A stretch of DNA of 64,000 nucleotides from NCBI RefSeq assembly GCF_006345805.1, contig NC_043021.1:4464001-4528000 (forward strand), given 5' to 3'. This DNA is from Octopus sinensis (taxonomy: Eukaryota). The position numbers and the translations under genes are program-made. Positions 1 through 12,000 of the stretch are shown piece after piece; position 1 is the stretch's first letter, and each line of letters begins with the position of its first letter. The notes beneath the pieces are model-generated. The model made no database searches and was not told the origin of the DNA. It was given only the letters and a program-made list of their open reading frames with translations.

Positions 1-64
1 GTCGCCACAGCCGCTGCCTATGTTTTGTGGGGTCCACCACACAAGAAGAAGAGCCGCAAAAAAG
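1..64 (+). CDS. USP30: USP30 first visible exon (partial): end of TM anchor, VATAAAYVLWGPPHKKKSRKK
   Basis: Open frame from base 1, donor g|gtaacc at 65, phase 1 joins 4416 to give Asp; resembles vertebrate GIYVIWGPITERKKRRK. Confidence 0.88.
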
Positions 65-3000
65 GTAACCCATCACTCATACATCTCGTAAAACCCTTCT
101 TCTTTTAAACTACTTTACTTTCCAGCAGAAATGCTATTCAGAAAATCCCAAATACGCACACATAACGTCATATTAATGAGAAATATGTATAGTGTGTATA
201 TATGATGTAATATAATGTTTGAAGTGGTGTACAAATATTGTATATTAAGTAGGAGGCTGTCAGAATTTTGGATAATTCTTAGTGCTTTCGTTCGATTAGC
301 CGAACTCTTCCAGATAATATTGCTAGAAATAAGAGTTAAAGACTTACAGCATCAAGAGACTTTAACTCTTATTTCTAGCAATCTAGGTGCTTCGGCACCC
401 TCAGTCACATTTGATGACGATAAATGTTTTCCTTTATGGTAATATATTGCGTCTAGCTGTTTATATTAAATTAATAATAATAATAATAATAATAAGGTGG
501 TTGGACGCAATTCAAAACCAAAAACAAAATAATTCACCGTCACTAAAAAGTGACCAAAGGTGCAGGGAGCACCAGCATTGCTAGAAATATACGTAGTGTT
601 CATGGTTATAGATTTGCCAATATCTTACCCTTCCCCTACTTTGTGGTAAGATGATCTGGTGACCTCTTTGCGATCCTAAGGGTATAGAATCTTCGTTTCA
701 TATCATACCATTTCTTGTCATTTTGAACAGGCCCCTCTCCCTATTCTCTCTCTCACTGTGTTGTTGTGTTTTTACTGGATAAACGAATGTCTTTAATATT
801 TGTTTATCTAACAACCTTTGTTATTCTTCCTCGTAGTCAAAGAGGAAACATTTTACGATGGTTTGACCTCCTGGAAATAACAGCTGACTCTCCTTTATGT
901 TATTTCCTATTACCTTAGAAAAAAAAGTTACATCGGATTAGGTATAGGCTAACTCTATAGTTTTTACGTACATATATATATATAAATATGCGGGACTAAT
1001 CATAAATCCAAAACAATCTGGAAAATATAAATATTGATTTGGGTTTTCTGCGTATGCGAAACGAATGTGCGACCTTCTTTTAGAAATGCGCCTCTCCAAG
1101 AAAATGAAATGCAATCTTAAAAGTTATGAAAATGGAAAACATATACAAAGTAAATGATGTATGCAAAAAATTAGAAAGATTAATCCATTTTTAAATATTT
1201 TATTATAAAAATCTAAAACAGAAACGGGAAACGAGCACCGTGGAATATAAACAAACATGTCGGATGATACAAGGGGCGGTAATTTACTTTTACCTGTCAG
1301 GTATTATTAATGATACGAGGATCTCGACAATATTGTTTGCAAATTCTTGATTGTTTTTAATCAGATTTTTTTTTTACTGTGCACACTGGTTAGGGTTAGG
1401 GGCAATCTTTCGTCTCTAGTAGACCTTTCCGTCGATTTCCGTAAAAAATTATTTTTTTTTACATATGGGCTTGCGGGAACTTTTGAAGTAATGAGAGCCA
1501 AAGAGACTAAGAGAAAGCGATTGTATGACGAGGGAAGTTCTTTTGAAGTTACCGTCCAGGGGAAGCATTGATGTACATGTGTGTGTGTGTTTGATGTGGT
1601 GTGGGAGACAGACAGTATGTTGTGTAAGTGAAGTGCTTCTGTTAGTGTGTGTGAAAGAAAGAGATAACTGAAATTTTTTACTCGGTGTATGTGTATATGT
1701 ATGTATATTACTTCAAAAGTTCCCGCAAGCCCATATGTAAAAAAAGAAATTTTTTTTACGGAAATCGACGGAAAGGTCTACTAGAGACGAAAGATCGCCG
1801 GGTTAGGTGGTGTGCACTCACTTTACCATCGCCCATTTTATGATGTGATATGGTTGGCATCCTTTTTGTCTCGGGAGACAATGGAGTTGCGCATAAAATA
1901 GTCTAGTCTGGCTTTTACATTTCATGTCCTAATACATCTCCTGCTGTGGCTGATATACGACAGAAATAATTATAAAGCAATAGAGTAAATATATTTAAGA
2001 CGTATGCAAGGTTTGTAATTTTTATTTTTAGTTTACAGAGAAAATAAATTATACAACATATAACTCAGTGGCTATTTGGCCCCTCGTATCAATTAATACG
2101 ATTGGTAAAATCGTATTTCATTCCCTAGACTGTCATGTCTTTTCTTATATTCTTTCTGTGCCAGCGTACTACATTCACTTACTATGTGAGCAACACTTTC
2201 CTCTTTTGATTTGTATAATCTACAGAGGGAATCTACTTGGGTTTTGTCTATGTTGGCTTTTATCCAATTAGTCCTTAATGCTTGATTTTGTGCAGCTTCT
2301 AACAAACTTTCTGTCTCCCTCTTCAACTTTCCTTTCTGCAGCCATAACCATGTCTCACTACTACTATTTGCTGCAACTGTCTTTGAGAATCTACCATGCA
2401 ACACCTTCTCCTGCCAATCTGGTTTTTAACTTCGTTTTGGTTTTTCATTCTTACTAAAAAGCTTCAGTTCATCCATGTAGAGCAAATGGTTAATTTTTCC
2501 GTTAGTATTTCTGAACTGATACCCTGCCTTTGCCTTTCTAGCTTCTTCTGCATTAGGTTTCTTATCTTCAGTACTTCGTTCCCCACTGTTTATTTTGTTA
2601 TAAAATCTCCTCTGGTCTGTCCCAAGTAATCTCTTCCGTTGATACTGATTTATTCTTTTCTGATATCTGGAGAGCTTGCCTGTTACTGCTATAATACACC
2701 GTTGCACCTCTTCTATTACTGTCCCAAATCCTTTCTCTTTGACTAAGTATCTTTTCTTGAGGGAAGATTTGCATTTTGTCTTTCCTAACTTGTAGCTTCC
2801 AGGCTTCTATTCTACTAAGATATTGTCTTTAAATCTTCACTTTATTTTATTGCCTCCTTTTCCATATTTGCTCTTTTTTAATCTTTCCCTGTGAAATATC
2901 TAATCTTCTGACAACTACTACCCCTCCAGCATAGATCAATAAGTCAGTGACACCGATATTTTTAGTATCTATCTATATTACTGATAACAGAATCTACTTT

Positions 3001-6000
3001 CTTAGTCATATCTAGTAGCTTCATTCTATTGGTGCATTTTAATGCTGGCAATCTTTTCCTTCTTTATTCATTACCTCCTGCAACTCGTGTAAAATCTTCT
3101 GATCTTCCTCACTTAAATCACTTAAGTCACTGGTGCCAGTTGTCCCTTATTGGTAATACTTACTGGGTTGCATAGTAATGTATGTAAATTATAGATCAAC
3201 TATTTCTTAGTATTTATGATTATTTGCCTGCCATTCATTCTCTTTTTAGGTTGGTTTTGTTATGGGTTCCACTTTGCAGCATTTACTTTAACTGAACACT
3301 GCCTATTCTCATGTGTTGTTGATGTTACTGTCGTAGTTATAATTATTATTGATGCCTTAGAGAGAGACTGACAAGTAGTCCCATAATTCATCACTTTATA
3401 TTTTTGGACTATTGGTTGTTTTCCTTTCTTTTGAAGGTAGCGGGCTGGCAGAATCGTTAGCACGCTGTGCGAAATGCTTAGCAGTATTTCGTCTGCCACT
3501 ATGTTCTGAGTTCAAATTCCGCTGAGGTCGACTTCGCCTTTCATCCTTTCGGGGTCGATTAAATAAGTACCAGTTACGCACTGGGGTCGATATAATCGAC
3601 TTAACCTGTTTGTCTGTCCTTGTTTGTCCTCTCTGTGTTTAGCCCCTTGTGGGTAGTAAAGAAATAGGTTGTTTTCCTTTCTTTTAAATATCTCTTTTAT
3701 TATAATCATCTTATGTCCATTTTCCGTGCTGGCATGGGTTGCATGGTTTGACATGGGGCTGGTCAGCCAGGGAACTGTCCAGACTCCAATTGTCTGTTGT
3801 GGGATGGTTCTTTCGGCTAAATGTCCTTCCTATTACAGAGTGTGCAGGGTGAATTTATGCAGCATAAGCATCTGTAATGGACAAGTCTGTAGGTATGGAG
3901 GACAATGATTCTACTTAACTTGCTGTGCCTTCTCAAGTACAGCAAATAGCCACAACTCCTGTTTCCTTGTCGTTTCCTCAGTGAGGGGCCCAGTGTTCGA
4001 AGATCCTTTGCACCACTTCATCTCATGTCTTCCTGAGTCTGAACCCCTCAAATAACCTGCCAATGAAGGACCTCTGCTGGTGTGACAGATGTCACAGTCA
4101 CAGAACCGTGACTCGTTCGCTATCTCCAGTGAACTGGCGCAGGACCATCGTGCATGGGCTGCCATGGTTCGAGATGCCTCAGGGGTGGTAGAAGAAGCCG
4201 ACTCAACCCACCTAGGGTGTATGTCGCCACAAGTACAAGTAAAGTGACAGATGTGTTAGATTTATAGATTATCTTTGTCAATGCAACTTTCTATCCAGCA
4301 TCGAATAAATAAAATCTATTACATTACGTAGTGGCGTACTTTTATTTCTCCTGTTTGTGCAGCCATATATGTGTGCATTGGATAATTATATTAAAATTTT
4401 CAATTTCTCTTTCAGATTATGCTCCTGGTTTAGAGAATCTTGGAAATACATGTTTCCTTAACGCTGTTCTGCAAGCTTTGGCGCCATGCCAAAGTATTCT
4501 TGATTGGCTTAGTAAAATTCTGCTTCGAAAGCATATGAACAAGACAGAAAACTACCTTGCTTATACAATGTTGAAGACCCTCAAAGGTAATCAGACATTG
4601 TCATTGAATACTTTATATATTGAACATTTTGTTAGTAATAGTAATTACTATTCAGTAAGTTGTCATAAGTGGTATTCTGAATAAAGTGTTTTAGATATAG
4701 GAATTTATGAAACCTATTTACCCTTCATATTCTTTTTCAGTTTATTTTCCTCACAAAATTACTGCAAATTACTGTTTTTAAATAGACATGTAAGTGCAGA
4801 CATTCCCCAACCACTTGGTTTCAGGTTCAGTCCCACTGTGTGGCACCTTGAACAAGTGTCTTCTATTATAGCCCTGTGCCTGCCAAAAGCCTTGTTAGTG
4901 GATTTGGTAGGTGGAAACTACCATGTGAGTATGTGTTTTTGCGTCTCCTTGTATCAATATTACATGATAGTTGTAAATGAGTGTCACTTTCGTATAAGGA
5001 ATGTCACTCATTTCTAATATTCTACAAAAACCTGTTTTCCTATGGGGAAATATTAGTTTTACTTGAAAGCAAACGAGAGTTGGCAGACATAGAAAATCTG
5101 CCTCAATAAATTCTTTCTGATCCATGCAAGAATGGAAAAGTGGATGTAAAACAGGGATGATGTGACAAAAGAGAAAATAAATCCTATGGTTGAGGGTTAC
5201 TGATAATGGCCAAAATTGGTGCTGAGGCATCTTATAACTGAAACAACAGCAGGTAAAAGAAAAAAAGTACTACTTGCAATGCATTTTAACCTCTTACTTT
5301 CCAGTATCTTCATTAACTCATTGAGAAAATGTAGAAATATTCTTCACTACATTTGTTTAAAAATTTCTATAGCAGAGCATAAGCTCAAAACTCTTTCATT
5401 TTTCCTGAACATCAAACTGACACACTTTGTTATTTCCTCACCGGTCTGTCTTGTTTTTTTGCTTAATTTTGAATCAAACACACACACACCTTCTCATCTG
5501 TCTATGATACTTTCTCAGCGTGTGTGCATAAGTGTTCATTTACTCACTATCTGCCACCAAGCCTTCTATGTGCACCTCTCTCATATTAATTCTCTCTTTT
5601 ACTCTTTCCCCATCTCTACACAACATAAAGCATAACTGGAGAAATCAACCAACCAACAATTATATTGGCTATTGTTATATAGAGATGGTTGAAATTCAGT
5701 TACTACACCAATCAACTTTCCTCTGTCCATTCATTACAAGCATATTCTTTCCTGTGTATTTTCAGTTTTGACAAACAAGACTTTCCACGACAAGGAGACA
5801 TTTTGTCCCAGTGAAGTCCTCAATGCTCTTCGATCTCGATGGGTTATTCCTGATGATGAACAGGTCAGTTCTTTTTTAGTTATGTAAAATATTAACAGTA
5901 TATTAACGTTATTTAATGTATTATATTTGTTGCTATATACTTGATTAACAGAGGTGGAGGCGCAATGGCCCAGTGGTTAGGGCATAGGATCGCGGTTTCG

Positions 6001-9000
6001 ATTCCCAGACCGGGCGTTGTGAGTGTTTATTGAGCGAAAACCCCTAAAAGCTCCACGAGGCTCTGGCAGGGGATGTTGGTGATCCCTGCTGTACTCTTTC
6101 ACCACAACTTTCTCTCACTCTTACTTCCTGTTTCTGTTGTACCTGTATTTCAAGGGGCCGGCCTTGTCACTCTCTGTGTCACGCTGAATATCCCCGAGAA
6201 CTACGTTAAGAGTCCACGTGTCTGTGGAGTGCTCAGCCACTTACACGTTAATTTCACGAGCAGGCTGTTCCGTTGATTCGGATCAACCGGAACCCTTGTC
6301 GTCGTAACCGACAGAGTGAAAAGAGAGATTAACAGAGATTTCTACAGCTGAATTTATCTTGTTAGCATGGTTACTGCTCTCATTGCTTCTTGAGATTTTA
6401 TAACTAGTTACTTTGCTTGATTATATATGCATACATATGCATGCATGGTTTTATATATCATCATTGTTTAACGTCTGTCTTCCATGCTGGCATGGGTGAG
6501 ACGATTTGACAAGAGCTTGCCAGGCAGAAGCCTGCACCAGACTTCTGTAATTGTTTCGGCAGGATTTTTACAGCTGGATGCCCTTCCTAAAACCAACCCC
6601 GCAGCAGAGTGGACTTTGTGCTTTTTATATAGCACAGGTACAGGTGAGGTCAGTTTTGACAAGATATTTTACATCTGGATGCCCTTCCAAATGCCAACCA
6701 CTTTACAATGTGGACTTGGGTGCTTTTAAGTGGCACCTGCACTGACAGGGTCACCAAGTACTTGTGATTTGGAGCATCTGGTGAGTGATATGTTGTACAC
6801 ATAACTATATCGAGTTGCCTTTATATGTACAATTAGTGTGTCACACACCGAGTTTGGGTGTGACAAAAGGATCTGGGGTGTAAGATCTTCATGAAGATAC
6901 ACTGTAACTTCACCATGATTCTTGTCCTTTCTGTCACTTCGCAATACCATACACTTTAGTGTCCAAAAGTGGACACTAGATGATGAGGATGATTTGTTAT
7001 GGATGTAGGTAAACAACAACCAATTTCTAATGCTTACATAATTCTCTTCTTGACTTCTTAGGATGCACATGAACTTTTTCATGCCTTAACTCAGACGCTT
7101 GCTGAAGAAACTGGTCACTACCCTAAAGTTTTATCTCTTTTCGATGTATCTGCTTTACAGGTAAGTTTTTGGCTTCAAATTTGTTTCTTATTTTTTCCAA
7201 CCTTTTCTATATGTGCATGTGTGTTCACTCATATTCATCATCATTGTTTAACGTCCGTTCTCCATGCTAGCATGGGTTGGACGGTTCGACCGGGATCTGG
7301 GAAGCCAGAAGGCTGCACCAGGCTCCAGTCTGATCTGGCAGTGTTTCTACAGCTGGATGCCCTTCCTAATGCCAACCACACCATGAGTGTAGTGGGTGCT
7401 TTTTGCGTGCCACCGGCGAGGCCAGCAACGGCCACGATCGGATTGGTGCTTTTTACGTGCCACCGGCATGGAAGCCAGTCATGGCGGAGCTGGCATCGGC
7501 CACGTTCGGATGGTGCTTTGTATTTTCCTTAATTCTGTTTATATTTACAGTGCTGAAATTTGGTGTCTGGAACTAAATGGGCTACACTAGAATAAGCATT
7601 GACTAAATAAAATATATATCATAACTGGTGACTCTCTGAAATATTTTATTTCTCAGTAACTCTTTAGTGGAATTTTGACTTACACCACTAGAAGGCATGG
7701 TATTATAATAGCTTGGATAAAATACCAGGAAATAAGATGGAATTGAGAAGGTGAATGGCAATGCAGGATTTGCACTTGGTAACCAGCAAAGAAATGTAGT
7801 TACAGTTTATGGTTGATATGTCATCATCATCGTTTAGCGTCCGCTTTCCATGCTAGCATGGGTTGGACGGTGCAACTGGGGTCTGGGAAGCCAGAAGGCT
7901 GCACCAGGCCCAGTCTGATCTGGCAATGTTTCTATGGCTGGATGCCCTTCCTAACGCCAACCACTCCATGAGTGTAGTGGGTGCTTTTTACGTGCCACTG
8001 GGAATCACTAGAAACATTAGAAAAGCTATACACAAGCTTTACATGAATTTTTCGTTTTTCTTTGTTTACAAAATCTGTTCCAATTTAATCAGATTGATAA
8101 TTACTATGAATTATCAGAGAAGCCCTATTATTTTTATGACAAAGGAAGAGTAATTGAACTTCAAACTGCTTCTGTAAAGAAGTGATAGAATATAATTGTG
8201 TTCTTTGTGTTGGTTGAATGAGTATTGTTATAAAGTATTTGGAAGGAACCCTCCCTCTCTCTCTCTTTCGGAGAGGCACTGAGCACCTACACGCACACAT
8301 ACACACATGGCAGTAACTCCCGCCTACCAAATTAAACTCAAATTAAACAAAGCTTCGGTCAGCTCGGGGCTATCGCAGAAGACACCTGTCCAAAGTGCCA
8401 CGCAGTGGGACTGAACCCGAAACCATGTAGTTAGGAAGCAAGCTCCCTAACCACACAGCCATGTCTTTGATATAAGCATATTTCTTTTTAAATTACTTTA
8501 ATTCAACTAATTTTTTCTTGCAGAGCCCAGATAATGAATACCAAACTTGCAAATCAGCTGTAACTCGCAGTAAAGGATTATTGCCAGTTTTACCACGAGA
8601 TACAGATCATCCATTCCGTGGACACTTTGCCAGCCAGCTTACTTGTCAGTCTTGTGCTTATTGTTATCCAGTTAAATATGATTTGTTTGACAGTCTGTCA
8701 CTTAATATTCCGGAAAGTCATTGGGTAAGTTTTGATTCAAAGTAGCAAGTGTTTAAGAGTGTACATATATATGTTGATGAGTGAATGTGTGCATGGATAG
8801 TTGCACTCATTGCTGAGGTATGTTTGTAGATATTGAGTTAAAAGTACGGATATGTGGATGTACTTTGTAGATGTTGAGTTAAAAGTACGGATGTGTGGAT
8901 GTACTTTGTAGATATTGAGTTGAAAGTACGGATGTGTGGATGTACTTTGTAGATATTGAGTTAAAAGTACGGGCGTGTGGATGTACTTTGTAGATATTGA

Positions 9001-12000
9001 GTTAAAAGTACGGGCGTGTGGATGTACTTTGTAGATATTGGGTTAAAAGTACGGATGTGTGGATTTGCTTTGTGGATATTGAGTTAAAAGTACGGATGTG
9101 TGGATGTACTTTGTAGATATTGAGTTACAAGTACGGATGTGTGGATGTACCTTGTAGATATTGAGTTAAAAGTATGGATGTGTTGATGTACTTTATAGAT
9201 ATTGAGTTAAAAGTACGGATGTGTGGATGTACTTTGTAGATATTGAGTTAAAAGTACGGATGTCTGGATGTACTTTGTATATATTGGGTTAAAAGTACGG
9301 ATGTGTGGATTTGCTTTGTGGATATTGAGTTAAAAGTACGGATGTGTGGATGTACTTTGTAGATATTGAGTTAAAAGTACGGCTGTGTGGATGTACTTTG
9401 TAGATATTGAGTTAAAAGTACGGATGTCTGGATGTACTTTGTAGATATTGGGTTAAAAGTACGGATGTGTGGATTTGCTTTGTGGATATTGAGTTAAAAG
9501 TACGGATGTGTGGATGTACTTTGTAGATGTTGAGTTAAAAGTACGGCTGTGTGGATGTACTTGTAGATATTGAGTTAAAAGTATGGATGTGTTGATGTAC
9601 TTTGTAGATATTGAGTTAAAAGTACGGATGTGTGGATTTGCTTTGTGGATATTGAGTTAAAAGTACGGATATGTGGATGTACTTTGTAGATATTGAGTAA
9701 AAGTACGGATGTCTGGATGTACTTTGTAGATATTGAGTAAAAGTACGGATGTGTGGATTTGCTTTGTGGATATTGAGTTAAAAGTACGGATGTGTGGATT
9801 TGCTTGTGGATATTGAGTTAAAAGTATGGATGTGTTGATGTACTTTATAGATATTGAGTTAAAAGTACGGATGTGTGGATGTACTTGTAGATATTGAGTT
9901 AAAAGTATGGATGTGTTGATGTACTTTGTAGATATTGAGTTAAAAGTACGGATGTGTGGATGTACTTGTAGATATTGAGTTAAAAGTACGGCTGTGTGGA
10001 TGTACTTTGTAGATATTGAGTTAAAAGTACGGATGTCTGGATGTACTTTGTAGATATTGGGTTAAAAGTACGGATGTGTGGATTTGCTTTGTGGATATTG
10101 AGTTAAAAGTACGGATGTGTGGATGTACTTTGTAGATATTGAGTTAAAAGTACGGCTGTGTGGATGTACCTTGTAGATATTGAGTTAAAAGTATGGATGT
10201 GTTGATGTACTTTGTAGATATTGAGTTAAAAGTACGGATGTGTGGATGTACTTTGTAGATATTGAGTTAAAAGTATGGATGTCTGGATGTACTTTGTATA
10301 TATTGGGTTAAAAGTACGGATGTGTGGATTTGCTTTGTGGATATTGAGTTAAAAGTACGGATGTGTGGATGTACTTTGTAGATATTGAGTTAAAAGTACG
10401 GCTGTGCGGATGTACTTTGTAGATATTGAGTTAAAAGTACGGATGTCTGGATGTACTTTGTAGATATTGGGTTAAAAGTACGGATGTGTGGATTTGCTTT
10501 GTGGATATTGAGTTAAAAGTACGGATGTGTGGATGTACTTTGTAGATATTGAGTTAAAAGTACGGCTGTGTGGATGTACTTTGTAGATATTGAGTTAAAA
10601 GTGCGGATGTGTGGATGTACTTTGTAGATATTGAGTTAAAAGTACGGATGTGTGGATGTACCTTGTGTATTTAAAAATAAGTGTGAAGTACACCTTATAT
10701 ACAAGTACATGTTTGTAAGTCTGTTGATACTTAAATGAGGTGGTAGGGGTAGTTTCAATTTCAGCTATAGTTAATACTCAACTGAATTCCATCAATCATC
10801 ATCATCATCATCGTTTAACGTCCGCTTTCCATGCTAGCATGGGTTGGACGGTTCAACTGGGGTCTGGGAAGCCAGGAGGCTGCACCAGGCCCAGTCTGAT
10901 CTGGCAATGTTTCTACAGCTGGATGCCCTTCCTAACGCCAACCACTCCGTGAGTGTAGTGGGTGCTTTTTACGTGCCACTGACACAGGTGCCAGACAAGG
11001 TTGGCGAATGGCCGTGCTCGGATGGTGCTTTTTACGTGCTACCGGCACGGAGGCCAGGCGAGGCTGGCAAAGGCCACGATCGGATGGTGTTTGTTATGTA
11101 TTAAAAAAAAAGGACACATCTGCCAATTTTGTCTGTTACTTGTTTCAGTCTTCCTTATCCAACAAAGGTTCATAAATGTCAATATGATGCATCCAAAGAC
11201 AAATCACAGTTGTTTTCATTTATATTTTGTACATCATCAAGAGTAAAACCTTCGAAGTCGGAATCGCTACTTGCTGACACCATCTTGTTATAAATTTAGA
11301 TATACACTTCTCTTCAAATGTTGAAAAAAAACCAAGAAGCCGCACAAATTTCACTGTATTTTCACTTGAATAAAGGTGGGAAAGGCTTTATCTCGCATTA
11401 TCTCAAAACTGTGAGAATTCAATAATGTGATTTATGTTTTTTAGTGATTTCTTAGAGAAATCAGATACAACTGGATTTGGCTGGTTCAAACAAAGAGGAA
11501 TAATTTTCAGCCGATTATGGCTTAAAAAAAAAAAAAAAAATTATTGGGGTCAATTCATTTGACCAAACGATCTTTAAGGTGGTGCTCCAGTCTAATTAGT
11601 GTGTCACACACTGTAACCTCACCATGATTCTTGTCTTTTCTGTCACTTCGCAATACCATACACTTTAGTGTCCAAAAGTGGATACTAGATGATGAGGATG
11701 ATTTGTTATGGATGTAGGTAAGAAACAACCAATTTCTAATGCTTACATAATTCTAATAACTGAAACAAAAGATAAAAAATAGATGCATATATTTATACAA
11801 TAAATTCAATTAACTTCTAAAAGTATGAAGTCCAAATATGCTGTAGGTATTTGGTAGAAAGGATATGAAACTTTCCTGCCTTCGCTTAATAAAACTTATT
11901 CTAGGTTTTCTGGTATTGCTACCTGACAAAGACTAAAATCCTCTCTACAGAGAGCAATTTATTGTTTCTGTTAACCCTTTTGATACCAACCCAGCTGAAA

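Noticed and set aside
240-730. Possible LINE remnant on the minus strand
   Set aside because: Only faint motifs (ERKALRII, KWYD); too weak to call
8826-10667. CRISPR-like array (regular repeats with a palindrome)
   Set aside because: No unique spacers, no cas genes, eukaryotic intron; it is a minisatellite
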